NCBI GenBank assembly: GCA_030141605.1
Contig: JAQGDQ010000034.1
Span: 682,001 to 746,000 of the forward strand
Direction: 5' to 3'
DNA: 64,000 nt
Source: Tubiluchus corallicola
Lineage: Eukaryota; Animalia; Priapulida
The notes under the pieces were generated by a model. It was given only the letters and a program-made list of their open reading frames with translations. It was not told where the DNA came from and searched no databases. The first letter of the stretch is position 1. The number at the start of each line of letters is the position of its first letter. Below are positions 51,801 to 64,000 of this stretch, one piece after another. The translations under genes were made by a program, and so were the position numbers.

Positions 51801-54800
51801 TTTTGCGGGGCCTTTGCGGGTAAATAATTAATTTTGAAAATTACTTTATATAAATTCTTAAACTAACTTTGACACACTTTTAAATTAACTCGCAGTCTAG
51901 ATGTTAGTTGACCATTTTGACCATACTTGCGTAGCACTGTCTACTTACTTAATGCATTTACTTATATTGATAAATCTGTGCTATAACAATAATCATCGTT
52001 ATCATCATTACTATTATTAATACAGTCATACCACCGTTTTTGAATGTTTCTGTACTCGTACAAATCGGTTTTCGACCAGAACATTCGAGCTGAAATTGCC
52101 TGCGCTTTCGACCAGAATTTTGGTACTCTACCAACTCGAAAGTAGTCACGCACGTGTTTCTGCTAATCATGTCTCCTAAGAAGAGTGCAAGTGACTGTGA
52201 CAAATAAAAATGAAAAACTGCGAGAGCGACTATAAGAATATAAACATAAGAATGGAGTTCGTGTTTCGAGCTCCATGTATGGCATACCGAAATCGATGAT
52301 TCTACCTCCCTCACCCCACCCACATACCTTATGTATGCCATCACACTGCTACCAATACGTAAGGTTTTTTCATGCATAAATAATTATGTTTTTCTTTCTA
52401 AGTAATTCTATTATGTTTTCTTATCAATAATATCGTATCTACTGTTTGAATAAGCATTTTTTGCATTATTATATTTCGTTTTAGTAATACTTTACAGATC
52501 ATTTGGTGCTCGAGAACGGATTATTTGCTTTTACATTATTTCTTATGGGAATAAATGATTCGGTACTCAACCAAATCGGTTTTCAAACACTTTTTAGGAA
52601 CGAATTATGGTCAAAAACAGACGTATAACTGTAAATTGCTTTCCCACTGTGACATTAGACACCGATGACAGCATATTATAAATATTAATTCTCGTCACGA
52701 GTTGTCTGGGTGCTACTGCGTTCGAGGACACGGCATGTCCCACTTGTTGATGCCACACTGTCCACTGCCCCTCCCACGATGCATCATCCCTCAAGTCTAG
52801 AGTTGTATTTGCTAAATCTTTTTGCTGTACATGTATATCTGCATATGTCAGCAGCTGACCCCCTCAGGGCTTTTTTGTCGTTTCAAGGGGGTTACGTAAT
52901 CCTATCGGAAGAGGAGACTCTTGAGGTAATTTTAGTGCACGCGCAAATCCAGTGCAATCTTCTTAATTGTATTTGTTCACTCCAAGGATTCTTCTTCATC
53001 AAATCTGACAGATCATCATTGGATATTCTGTAAGGGCATTTAATATCTAATCATCTTCTAGAGAGACGTCTTTGAAAAGCGTCAATTTCTTTCTGCTGTT
53101 TAATTTTTATTGTCCATACCTCAATATCGCACACATCGTACAGCATCCTACAAAAACACAGGTTCAACTAAAGTTGTAAATATTCGGACTTTGGTTTCAA
53201 GAGAAAGTCTATTGTTTTCACGAACTGTTGTGAGATCTGAATAAGCAGACAATGCAAGAATTTTCTTTCGTTGCATGTCGGCTCTGGTGTCTAACAAATT
53301 ACCAAGGTATTTACATCATCTATTAATTCTCAATAAAAGTTAATCATTTATATCGTTGCTCTAAGGTTATTATGCTGTTTCAGATGGCTTCATCATATCA
53401 GAGAAAGTCGGGTATTGACTGCTCGCGAGGCCTTAGGAACGGAACCAGTTTTAAACAAACTGCTCAGTTATGACTTTGAGGCGGAGCTACAATATATGAC
53501 GTAAGTGAACAACATTAATCTCTGCATTGCAAATTCACAGTGTGCATATATTTGTTAATGCAGTTTTGCATAGTGGTTGTAAATAAGTTTTAACAGCAAG
53601 CTATCTAGAAAGCTTCATCGAGTTATACAAATGGATAACATTTGTACAAATCACAGTAGATAGGGCAGGTTATAGTGGCTAGTAGAGGTGAGCATGCTGT
53701 ATCAGAAAGCAAAATCGAATCAAATCGAATTGTTGACTTTCGAACTCAGATCAAACTGAACTTCGAATTTCGAGTTTGAATCTAATTCGAATTCAATTTT
53801 AAAAATTTTCAAATAAATAAATTTCATAAATAAAACAAATGCAAATTGCTTGATTTTGTTCTGCAGTGATACACTAATAATTAGTTTGTAAACGGTGCAC
53901 GGAAAGTGCAGCTAAATTGTGCCGATTGCAGGCCATTTCAAACAACGTCGTTGATGTGGTGAATTACTCAAATCCTTGATTTTAGGATTAAAAAACTCAT
54001 TCGAATTGAATTCGAACGTTCGATTTTCACCCCCAATGTCTAGTGATAAGCCACTGCGAATGTGTCATCATTTTCCAGGCTTTCGGTATGTAAAACCAGC
54101 AATGACCAATGTTTACGTAATAAAAAATAGCTTTCGTGGTTTCTGCACAGCTCATGTTTTGAGAATCTTTCGTCACAATACTGAAATTCTAGAACAAAAT
54201 TGCGCGGAGCAGCAACATAGTGAACTAGGTTAAGTAAAAAATATGCCGAAATTGTTTCTTTATGCACTTCAATTTGACAATTGCTTTACCTATATATATA
54301 TATATATATATATATAATGCTATATATATTTCTATCACTGTAAGCCTACAAGCATTCTTGCATGTTCTTAGTCGTCTTTACTGCTTTCCTCAGCATTTCT
54401 GAAGCTGTACAGTAGCATAAGTTCTTGTTGGGACGCATCTTGACATACAGATAATGGCAAAAAAGACGGTTTGATCGGCCTGTCAAATTGACACAGAAAT
54501 GTAATAAAAACTAACCTGATATCATGAATATACAAGATATTTACTGCAGGGCCGACAGAAACACCCCGTGTACATGTTCATCGTTCGTTGTCGTTTGTGT
54601 TTGTTACATCTAAAGGACCAATTGAATGTTATAACATTATGTCAGTTTGATAATTACAGCTGTTAATATACAACTCAAGAATTTAGAAAACATTTTCATG
54701 CACATTTTTTCTTCCTGATTTCATCACTCATTATCTATTATGTTAGTTTCTGAAGAAAAAATTTCTTCAAAAGGATTCCTATCTGCCGATATCTTAAACT

Positions 54801-57800
54801 AATCCCATTTTTCTACCATAATTTTCTTTCTATAATGAAATTCTATTTGACTTTAGGTTAAAGCTTGGCGTCTTTGTTCTGCACTTACAAATATTTTCTT
54901 AATTTCAGTACTGTGCCTCGTTAATATATTCATTGCATATCCTTATTTGTTCGTCATTAATACATATGCTCTCTTGTTTTTCAGGCAAACATTGCAGCAT
55001 TCGTCCTCTCCAGTCGTATTCTGTCATAATGATGCACAGGAAGGTAGGATTTTGGCATGTATTTTAAACCCTTCAGGTTGAGTACTTTCAGATGAAATTT
55101 AATATTTCCAGACAATCTTCACAGTTTGATGGGAGAGGAAAAGCGACGAAAATCCAAAATCCTGGTTAAGTTCTCCCTGATGACTCCAGTTGTAGCGTAG
55201 TTGTGTGCGATTTGAACAAAGTGTTTGACCTTGACAAGTCTGTGTTGTTTTAATTGTACTGAAATGTAGCTGATGCAGATTGGTTGTTAAAGTGGTTTAA
55301 TAAAGACGGATTCTACTGCTGAACTTACTTTCCTGTAGCAAATTTATAATATTTCTTCTGCAGGACAACTTCAGAATGGAGTTACAGTTGCGTAACTACC
55401 GCTGTGTTTTGCTCAGTGTTGTTTTTGGCTTGGTTCTCGACTTTGTTTTACAGTGTTGCCGGGTTTCCTTCTATTCAAAATTGCAGAATTGTTGCATGTT
55501 TCTAATTTCCAGTTTCTTTTTAATTGCCAGAGTTTAGGTAAAACTTTCGCAGGCGACAGGTGGTAATTTTGTGCACTATTTCAGGTAACATTCTGCTGCG
55601 AGATAATAAAGGAGAGGTGGACGATCGTCTGATCTTCATCGATTTTGAATATTGTGCGTATAACTATCAGTAAGTTGAACTTAAATTTGTTCTTCATGCT
55701 AGCAGGTTTAAAAAACACTTTGAGTACGTCCCAATCCTGATGTAGATTTGAGAAACTAAACATTGCTTCGTTGAGCGCCATGATGTTTCTTTAAATTCAA
55801 GCGCTGATCGCCCATTCAGTTAGTCAGCCGTAATTACATCATTCTTGTACAGGTGTTCGATATAAGACACCTGTTTACAGGGTACAGAGTTTAACCTTAT
55901 CTTTAGGTTACGCTGACTCTCGAATGTTCGAGTCTCTTCTGTTTAAACATCAGATTGACGTATCTAAACAATAAACAGTAAACACGTAAACATTCACTGT
56001 TGAGAGAAGCGAGTAAACATAGAATAGATTGTGGTTTGTTGTTTCTTTCAGAGCGTTTGACTTGGCGAATCATTTTTGCGAATGGATGTACGATTACAAA
56101 GTCGACGACCCGCCTTTCTACAAGGTGCACGAAGACTTCTTTCCGAGTCGAGACCAACAAGTAATACTTCATCACTTTTAATATTTCATAAGTAGAGAAA
56201 AAGTCTGGTTTTCTTCCTCTACATTTTGTCCGTAAATGTATTATAACTAGGGCTTACTAATGTTATTATACTAGGACCAGACCTCACTCATTATCAAGGA
56301 TACTCTTCCGACATAAAGTATTACACCCTTTAAGGTGTCATGGCCTCATTCAGATATTTATAAATCCTCCTTCAATAAAAGAAATGGGCATTTAGGTAGA
56401 TAAAACCATTTAGACCACTTAAACCATTTACTAGCTAGACTCGGCTTTCCTTCACTGTGAAACAGAAACCGTGACTGCTCAGCTATTTCCCTTGCTTCCA
56501 AAAAACTTGGTATCAAAGTTGGTAAAGAAAATATAGTTACCATCTGTAGTATTGAAATGTGGATACGGTCGATGAAAAATAGTGTTAGAGGGTTACACTG
56601 CCCTTGATGTGGTTTCTGACTGTCTGTACAGGTTATCTGCTTTATTTGATATCATAAGTTCATCCTTAGTTGCCCAACACCCTAGTCCAATAAACCACAA
56701 ATACCTGTTAGGATTACAGCCGTGATTTTTGAACTTAGCTTTAATCGTGCTAATGTATGCCTGTGTCATATTTCCATGTTATAAAAGCGATGGTTTTGAG
56801 AAGTCTCAGGAAAGTGATGGGCTCTTATAGTGCAGTGAGAATTACTCGAAATGTTTTTCGCCATTGATAAGCAGTGCATGTTTTTGCACTTCACACGTTA
56901 GGCTTGGTTAAGTCTTTGTTTGAGTGATGGTTTGATGGAGACAGTTCATTGTCGTTTCAATGCCATACATTCAAGAAGATAGAACTCGTGAATTTAGCTG
57001 CTGTGGTCACATTCACGTCGATACCAGGCCTTTCCTAACCCATTTGGAACTTTTCCAGTTTAATGAAAGTGTAACCTTCTGAAAGGCTTGCCTTTTTTCG
57101 ACTTTCCGTGTCCGTTTCTAGGCCTCCCTTCTTTGCCAAACGAGCCGCTATCTAGGTTCTGTTTGCCATTCCATTAAATTGTTTCCATCCTCCTGCTTTT
57201 ATAACTTGTTGTTATTCTACACTATTCGGCTGCTCTCAAACAGCTTTGTCCTTGGTCTGTCCAGCTAATGAATAATTGACAATTGATAGCAGATCATGTT
57301 CATTATTTTACGGTTTGGCTTGACAGTGTGGAACTTTATTTGGTAATAAATGTTGCTGCAGTGTTCAATTCTGGCGTATGGTAGACTCTTGATTCAGTGC
57401 CCAAGAATTTGGAAATATCTTGAAATAGTGTCTTGTGCTTTTATATCATTATTTGTAATTCTTAATTAAGGTTAATTATTTATAATTCTTAATTAATGAA
57501 TCTAGTTGGGAGAAATAAAAAGTGAAATAAAAAGATTGCATTTGATCAAAGGTGACATCAAACTTAAACAATATAGTTAAAGCACAAGAAAACGCTTTTC
57601 ATAAATAAGGCTTAAATAATTCATCTTGAAATTTTTTAGCACTTATACGTTGTGTTATTGTATACAGGACTTGTGTTAGCAGTAACACTGTATAAAACTA
57701 GTAAATTTAAACTTGGGGGATGGCAGTCAGGCGCAATCGTTTTTAGGTAAGTCTGTTGAAACAAGTTTGGATAGCATTGTGTAAAGTTTGAAAAACTAAT

Positions 57801-59078
57801 CAGAACATTTGAATCGCTAACTAAGCAAACATATAAATTACTTTATATTGTCAATAAGATCAATAATGTGGTCAATAATGAATCAGTGGAACAAAGTGCT
57901 GGGATGACAATGCAGTGCTAGTTTACCAGGTGGCACAAACATTCCAACTACTAGTTCTCTAGTTCAAATCCAGGCTGTTTCAACTCCTCACGTTTCCTGT
58001 CTTTTGAATTGGGTATCAGAATTTAATTATTCGTTGTTTTGTTCCGTCATTCTCTGTATTTTTTGTAGCTACATTTCATACGATCATACCGTGCCGAAGC
58101 AGACCACATATCCAGCAGACACAAACATGCCAATCAGGTTGTGACAATGAACGCTTTACAAGATGAGCAGTCCCTGCTCTGGGAGGTGAAGAGGTTCTGT
58201 CTGGCTTCGCACATGATATGGTGTCTGTGGAGCATCGTTCAAGCCGAGCTTTCAAAAATCGAGTTTGATTATCTGGTACGTTTAAAATAATTTTGAATAT
58301 GTGTTCATAATTGTTGTATGTAAGGATGCGAGGTGGTAACTAGGTCACTTCATCTCAGAATTGCGATAAGCTTCGATGAAGCTGTTGCAGTAATAATAAT
58401 AATAATAATAATAATAAATTTATTTCAAAATCCTAGGTTAACTAGCAAATTTCAAAAGTGTATTGTCAATTTGACTGGATCTGATTTGGGGGGTCAATCC
58501 TTTGCGCATCGAAAGTCTGTTGCTAGCATTAAGCCGCTTTGATAACTTTCAGATGTCATAGTTTTTACGAAACTCGTGTAAATGGTTCTTAAATGTGATC
58601 GTTTGATCGTAGTAACCATTTTGCTGCTACTTTTCATATTTTCCCCTGGACATTCCTGCAGAAAGACTGCTCTTGAAACAAGTTTTTCCCTCGAGCCTCT
58701 TAACTGTGAAATTTATTTGCCAAAAAAGTGTTTGCCTTTTAACTACAATGTCTCTTACATCAAGAAGAGCATTAACAGGCACCGGCAAATTAGTGACAAG
58801 AATTTATTCTTCAAGTCTTATATTTGTATTCCAACTTTTCTGCTGTAGCTCATGACCCCACGTCATGTTTGTGACAATTTTATTTATGTTAAAGTTCAAC
58901 ATACAAAATAATACTAGATGTTCTGATGTCAAGAGATGGTACTGTTGTGTTCCCGTTTGTATCTTTTATTTGTTGGTTTATAAGCTGCTACTATCTCTCA
59001 ATGTTTCAGGGATATTCACATCGTCGACTAGAAGCCTATTTGAAGGTAAAGCAGGAAGTCGTTGCCGGAGAAACTTGA
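39891..59078 (+). CDS. CHKA: Choline/ethanolamine kinase (CHKA/CHKB-like), about 375 aa. Exons 39891-40012, 48258-48333, 50369-50518, 51441-51574, 53384-53500, 54985-55043, 55585-55669, 56052-56160, 58069-58275, 59010-59078.
   Basis: Motifs AYQLCWEFLGGAW, GGLSN (ATP loop), VLLRIFG, LSERKLGPKLYGVF..GRLEEHIPSR, the Brenner motif [34 protein letters not shown] and LASH..W.LWSIVQ...S.IEFDYL. The exon sum is 1128 nt in frame. The ORF track missed this gene entirely. Alpha versus beta assignment is not resolvable. Confidence 0.94.
40911..41290 (+). mobile_element. hAT-type MITE family B, copy 3 (diverged)
   Basis: Same internal landmarks as the other copies (TTCTTTATCATTAAAAC, TTCGCTTTC...AGAGAAT). 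TSD CTTTACAG/CTTTGCAA (6/8). Confidence 0.8.
45400..45720. repeat. Degenerate tandem array (TTTGGACAC/TTTAGACAC core, roughly 20-22 bp spacing)
   Basis: Recurrent cores include ATTTAGATAC, ATTTAGACGAC, TTTTGGACATG, TTTGGACAC, TTTGAACAC, ATTGGACAC and TTTAGACAC. Confidence 0.7.
48405..48914. mobile_element. MITE with family-A termini but a different interior (family A2)
   Basis: Boundaries TTAA|AGGAAAATAGGATGATT ... ATTCCGTCCGGTTTTCCT|TTAA. Confidence 0.75.
49400..49725 (+). mobile_element. Probable L2-type LINE 3' end
   Basis: A hairpin GGGGCAGC...GACCAGTAGGTC...GCTGCTCC, then AAATAAA with a (GAATT)n-like tail. Confidence 0.4.
50668..51370 (-). mobile_element. hAT-type MITE family B, copy 4 (reverse), interrupted by a family A MITE
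   Basis: Begins TAGGAGTAAGCATTCTCTAC. Family-B sequence resumes after 51276 as TGATAAAGAACGTATGTG. Confidence 0.8.
50884..51272 (-). mobile_element. MITE family A, copy 3 (reverse, internally deleted), nested in a family B MITE
   Basis: Boundaries TTAA|AGGAAAAC ... AAACAATCGTCCGGTTTTCCT|TTAA. It is the reverse complement of 8631-9162, with deletions. Confidence 0.88.
52023..52631. mobile_element. pogo/Tigger-like MITE
   Basis: Boundaries TA|CAGTCATACCACCGTTTTTGA ... TCAAAAACAGACGTATAACTG|TA. The subterminal GTACTC..CAAATCGGTTTTC is repeated. Confidence 0.8.
52690..53320 (-). mobile_element. RTE-clade LINE remnant (same family as 14540-15130)
   Basis: Shared blocks with the first copy: CAGATCATCATTGGATATTCTGT, AGAGACGTCTTTGAAAA and TTGGTTTCAAGAGAAAGTCT. 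Confidence 0.8.
53683..54035 (-). mobile_element. hAT-type MITE family B, copy 5 (reverse)
   Basis: Ends TAGAGGTGAGCAT ... CGAACGTTCGATTTTCACCCCCA. TSD GTGGCTAG/ATGTCTAG (6/8). Confidence 0.82.
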
Positions 59079-62000
59079 ACAGATTCTTGTCAGCAAAGAA
59101 TTCACGGGAGAAAGTGCTAGAACAACAACCAGCGGAGAACTTCTTACCTCGTTTATTCGCTGAAAACCTTGGAGGTACATCATTTATGACCATCGCAAAT
59201 GAAATGTTGCAATCCCAAATTCTGTTATGTGAGGCAAAGATACAATGTGACTGGAACACAAGAACAGTCTAGAACAACCAAATTAATATGGAATGATTTA
59301 TGTAGTAGGTATAAGTACACAATCAGCAAATGCTCGTGTTGCTTGCATCTCGGTAATTTTCCATTTCCGTGTTATCGTAGCTATGCATCTGTGATTCGGA
59401 TAATCTTAAAACATCAAAATTGTGCTGAACCGCTGTCCTTCTGCCTGTAAATCTAGTCATCTATGTATAATTTTTTGATTTTGATCACAGCCTTCCCATC
59501 CATTGTCTTGCTGCATACACGATAGGGAACAATTTCTTTCCTTTCTCAACAAAATGCTTAGATAATTGCTCAGCACCTCCAAATCTGGTACCTTTGCACA
59601 CTCGTGCTGCTCTTCTCACAAGCTCCATATCAGAAAAAATGTAATACTAGCAACCATTGGATGGAATTTAGCAATATTGTCATCCTTAGATCCAACTCTG
59701 TGAACCAGGTCGAATCTCAAGGTGTTGACTATATTTATGTCAGTACCCATGGCATTACCTTCTTCCAGTCTTCGCCTGCAAATTCAGGCACATGTAAAAC
59801 ATTACATTTGATGTTGCTCATTTACCAAACCTTTGCCTGAAAAAGAGATGTCTCGGATACATTTTGCTTGGCTTCAAACTGTTTGAATTTTTCATTAATT
59901 TTGCTATCAATTATGCTGTCAAAACGACCCGCCTGCGTCTTCGTTTTCAGGTGTTCAACTTGTTTTTTTCAATACCAGCAGTGCATCTAGCTTCTCATTT
60001 ATTGTGTCTGTTTTTTGCTCAAGTGAACTCACAGAATTTGGAACTGGCTCGAAGTGACTCTGTTTTTACAATGTCTATCGCAACGTAAATCTGCACAGCC
60101 ACAGAGTTCACTTGCTTCCACCTTTCGTAGCATTGTATTCAGTCTTGGTCAACATGGCACATTTGATCTACCTCACATGAACTGTTACTTCATCTCACTC
60201 CATCTTCACCATCCAATGCGATACTTTTTCACCCTGGACAGCAGGCCCCTGAATTTTTGGCAGTTGTACTTGCATTCATTGAGAAACACTTGAATCCTAC
60301 CAGAAATTGCTGCTAAATGTATACTATTACTACATCAATGATTACAGTTACAATTCTTTTCCTTCGATCGAATTGGAATTTCCTATCCAACTGCGATCAA
60401 AAACCTCTTCACTTAAATGGAAAGTCAAAAACCTCACGTAGAACGAATGTGATAAGATGCGTCATTAAAAATTCACATCACAAAAGCCATTACTAACTAC
60501 ACCAGTCATGAAACCAAACTTGTGTGCATTGACACAGCAACTCAGGACAATCCAGAGGTTGAGGCTGAATGTTTCAGTAATTTTTCAATAGTAGGTGCAA
60601 AATGTGAATTATCTGCTTTTAGATTTAACATATATTGTTACTGAAAGCTGTCATAACTTGTACGTTTAGTGACTGTTTTGAGCTGTGTTCTTCAGGTATG
60701 CAAGTTGAAATTGTATAATATCATTATTATAATTACTCAAGCAAAAGTCCAAATATGTTGACTGAGCTTCAATATGTGTTTTAGTAATGAATGTGTCCAC
60801 CTAAGATTACTGTTGTGGTAGGGCAGTTTGTAAGCGTGGAAATATAACGACACAGAAGTCAGATAACAGCATTGATGTTGCCTATGATATGGACAATCAT
60901 TAGCGGCTATAGGCCCACATTTCTAATTAAATGTTTTGTAATCGGAGTTGTGATATTCTGTGATATTGATTACCAATGCAAATTTATACTATGAAGCATT
61001 ACCAGTACTTTGGTGAAGATTAATGGCATGATTATGTTTATTGAATATCTTACATTAAATGCATAATTGCGCAGGGAGAGCTTGCTAGCAGATGTCGCCC
61101 CAGGGCTGCTTTTGCCATACAATCAAATCTACATAGTTTTTGTATCACACAACATAGCGCCCATTCTTTTTGCTTGAATCTAGCAGTCTCTGTCTGCACA
61201 CGTGTGGCATTTAAATCTATGGTTGAATATATGTAATTAGTACTTAGCTGGGCAGTATCGTTATTAAATGTCATATATAACATTATAAGATAGAAAAATA
61301 AAAAAAACATTTCATATTGCTACTTGGTGAACCTTGATGATATTATGATTATGTTAGATTATTATGATAAGCTAGTCGCCATGCAGTATTTTTATGACAC
61401 ACTTTTTACACAAGTACAAGTTAGCTGCAACATGTCAGCATACAGCATAAAAGCCAGGCCATAATAGGGCAGGACAAAGCCAAACACTCACAGACACCAC
61501 ATGACTTCAAAACAAAAATGTCCACACGAAGAACAACAATATCTCTGTTAATACACTTATACATACTGTAGCTAATCATATCAGAGCCACCTGTAGGCCC
61601 TTTTGTACATAAAATCTTTTTTTGCCTATTTTTGTGCCATTAAACAAAATTGTTGAAGTCTTAGCTTAAAATATTTCATTATGGATTTAAAATTGTAATC
61701 CAGTTTAATCCCAATTTAATAATATCATTACTTTAGTTTTCTATGTAAATATACAAGTGGTCACGTTCGTCATAATTTTTACCAAAGCTTGAATATGAGA
61801 GATGTAATATAGTTTAGTCTGTTTATATATATATTGCTTGTATATTAAATTTTATTGTCATTAAATAGGTGGTTATCTTGCCTGTATCAGACGAAAACAA
61901 TCGAGTCATTTTTTATAATGGAATTATAAACAACTCATCTCAAACATCACGTTACTCGGACAAATCAAAGGTGATAAATTGAGTACATCTTTGTAATATA

Positions 62001-63541
62001 AGTATCCACTCTGAGTTGTCGTAAAAATTGAAACAATTCCAAAGAAATCCTTATAAATTACAAACTTTTTTCGTTTCGTTTTTAATTTGGCATTATGTTT
62101 TTGTATTCGTGTAAATGTCTTATTATAAATAAATATTTTCTTGGAATTCTATCTTTGTAATTTTATCTTCAAGTTGTCGTCTCCAATTGTTGAGCAGAAA
62201 CATCGAAATTTTAACTCTGTGATTTTATTTTCAAGCTGTCGTCTCAAATAAGACTTCATAGTTTCGTTGTACATGCAGTTGCTGTAGGTCAAAGGTTAAG
62301 TGAACCACAGCAACGCGTCTTTACTACAACCGTCAATGTGTAGAGCACGTATGTGATGTGTGTAAAGCAAAGCGTCTGCCGCATCAGTTCAACAACTTCA
62401 GTTGTTTTACGTGGACTTTTCTTAATTACGCATTAGTCTGCGTATAGTCATATACTAGCAAGATCTTGCTTGGGAACAAGAAAAAATGGACTACGTAAGA
62501 TTCTAGCTAGCTGTTAAAACTGTTTCCATTATAATAGCAAGAGCTGCTCCTGTAATGTGTTGTCTGGTACACTTAACCTTTCACCTTTTCACGCTCATCA
62601 TCAAACACTGGAACTGTGAAAAGGGTTATTGTTGAGCAGACAACACGCCCTTGACATTATTATAAGCTTCATGGTCAGACATAACAGTCAAGGAATTTCA
62701 CCAGGATAAAGCAAGCACAACATATTTTGTTCATCAAAACTGGGCATTTATTATGTGCAAGCCATCATATGGCAAAACAATTTTCATTTAATATCTTCAT
62801 ATTCATACTGTGATGAAAGATGGAACTACAAATACGTTGCGCATATGGTGAAATACTTATCGGTATATCTTCGGTATACAAAGAAAAACATGAAATACGT
62901 TCTAGTAATTAATAGTAACAGTAGATTATGAAAAATGCCCTTGATCAATGACACATACACTGAGTAAACAGAAAGGTTCAGGAGTTTACTTAAACCTGTT
63001 TTGTATCAACAAATAAATCATTTTAACGTCTCTTCAAATTTATGTAAATGAGTCACATGCAGTTCCAACGATAAACAAAACATTGTATGTAAGAATGAAT
63101 CATGTTGGCATACATAAAAACTGGGCACATTCATTTTGTATTAAATACACAGTACTTTACTAACTATAACAATAAGTTAGTTTACACACACTTACTATAC
63201 TTCATAAGCCGATATATCGTCCGGCTATTGGACTAAAGAGTAACTAACCAAGTTTTGGGCATTTTTTTAACATGGATGAGAACATTGGGTCAAAATGTGT
63301 GATACTATAATTTTAACTACAGATAAAAGAATATTTCACAACAGGGGTTTCACATGACTGACACGACATAAAATAGTACAATACCAATATTTAAATATAT
63401 ATGAAGTTATGTACAACTATAGCACAGTTTCAACCAAAGCAGAAGCATTGCTTTTAAATCTCACAGAGTTGTGATTCAATTAGGCTACTGATGCAAATGT
63501 TTCTGGTAAAATATTCAAAACTAGATCAACAAACCAAATGA

Positions 63542-63770
63542 TTAAGATGGATTATGCCAACCATTAGCCTTCATCATCTTCATTAAGTGACTGCTGCGAC
63601 TGTTATAGACTGGGCAGACGTAATTCTAACATAAAATGAAAGATCTTCGTCGTTATTCTAACAAGTATTTTGAATAATAATGAAGGGTATAGCTTCATTG
63701 GTGAATCTAAACATAGGTTAACCTTCTGATAGTATCCCATCACAACTTTGCAATCACTTTGACTACACAC
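63542..63770 (-). CDS. Possible last two exons (63770-63723 and 63625-63542) of an unidentified minus-strand gene extending beyond the window
   Basis: Acceptor TTTGCAG, donor AAG|GTTAAC and acceptor TTTTATGTTAG give the spliced frame VCSQSDCKVVMGYYQKNYVCPVYNSRSSHLMKMMKANGWHNPS*. No homology was recognised. Confidence 0.25.
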
Positions 63771-64000
63771 CTGCAAATGCAACAAGAATTAGTATCGTGA
63801 TGCAATAAATAGGTTGTTAAAAAAACAAAAAATGTTCAGGCAACCTTGCTTAGGACGGTTCAGTTCAATTGCGATTTCTTATTAACACAAATCAAGGCTT
63901 ATAAACATGATACATGGTCATGTAACTCGGTTTTTGTAGCGATAGTTCAATGCTAAAAGTATTACACAGATACGTCTTAAACAGAAAGATAATGTATCAA

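Noticed and set aside
24131-59078. DCPS-CIAO3-choline kinase as a functional cluster or operon
   Set aside because: The functions are unrelated housekeeping roles and the multi-kb spacers have their own promoter-like sequence. Same-strand order alone is not evidence.
58333-61310. Cluster of 60-135 aa ORFs around and after the last choline kinase exon
   Set aside because: They show no domain similarity and are consistent with intron and 3' UTR sequence. Only 59010-59078 is coding, in a different frame.

Overview
This is AT-rich, intron-containing animal (probably invertebrate) genomic DNA, not prokaryotic, and most short ORFs in the track are spurious or are single exons. I reconstructed five multi-exon genes by eye, all on the + strand, and each has GT-AG introns and exon lengths that sum to whole codons. 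They are: (1) an FMN-dependent alpha-hydroxy acid oxidase with non-canonical active-site residues; (2) a secreted tectonin/tachylectin-1/fish-egg-lectin-type protein of about 563 aa with 12 repeats, i.e. a tandem double beta-propeller; (3) DCPS; (4) CIAO3/NARFL; (5) a choline/ethanolamine kinase. Between the lectin and DCPS lies a full-length Ty3/Gypsy element with 211-bp LTRs (1 mismatch) and a 5-bp TSD, but it is frameshifted and lacks part of RNase H. Introns and intergenic DNA hold many non-autonomous elements (TTAA/Kolobok-T2-type, hAT-type and pogo-type MITEs, a tRNA-derived SINE, L2/CR1 and RTE remnants), with two clear nested insertions, plus a 22-bp minisatellite. I found no unambiguous new system. 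The best leads are the 12-repeat lectin with in-frame skippable exons, CxC motifs and a duplicated STAT-like upstream module, and the divergent oxidase active site.
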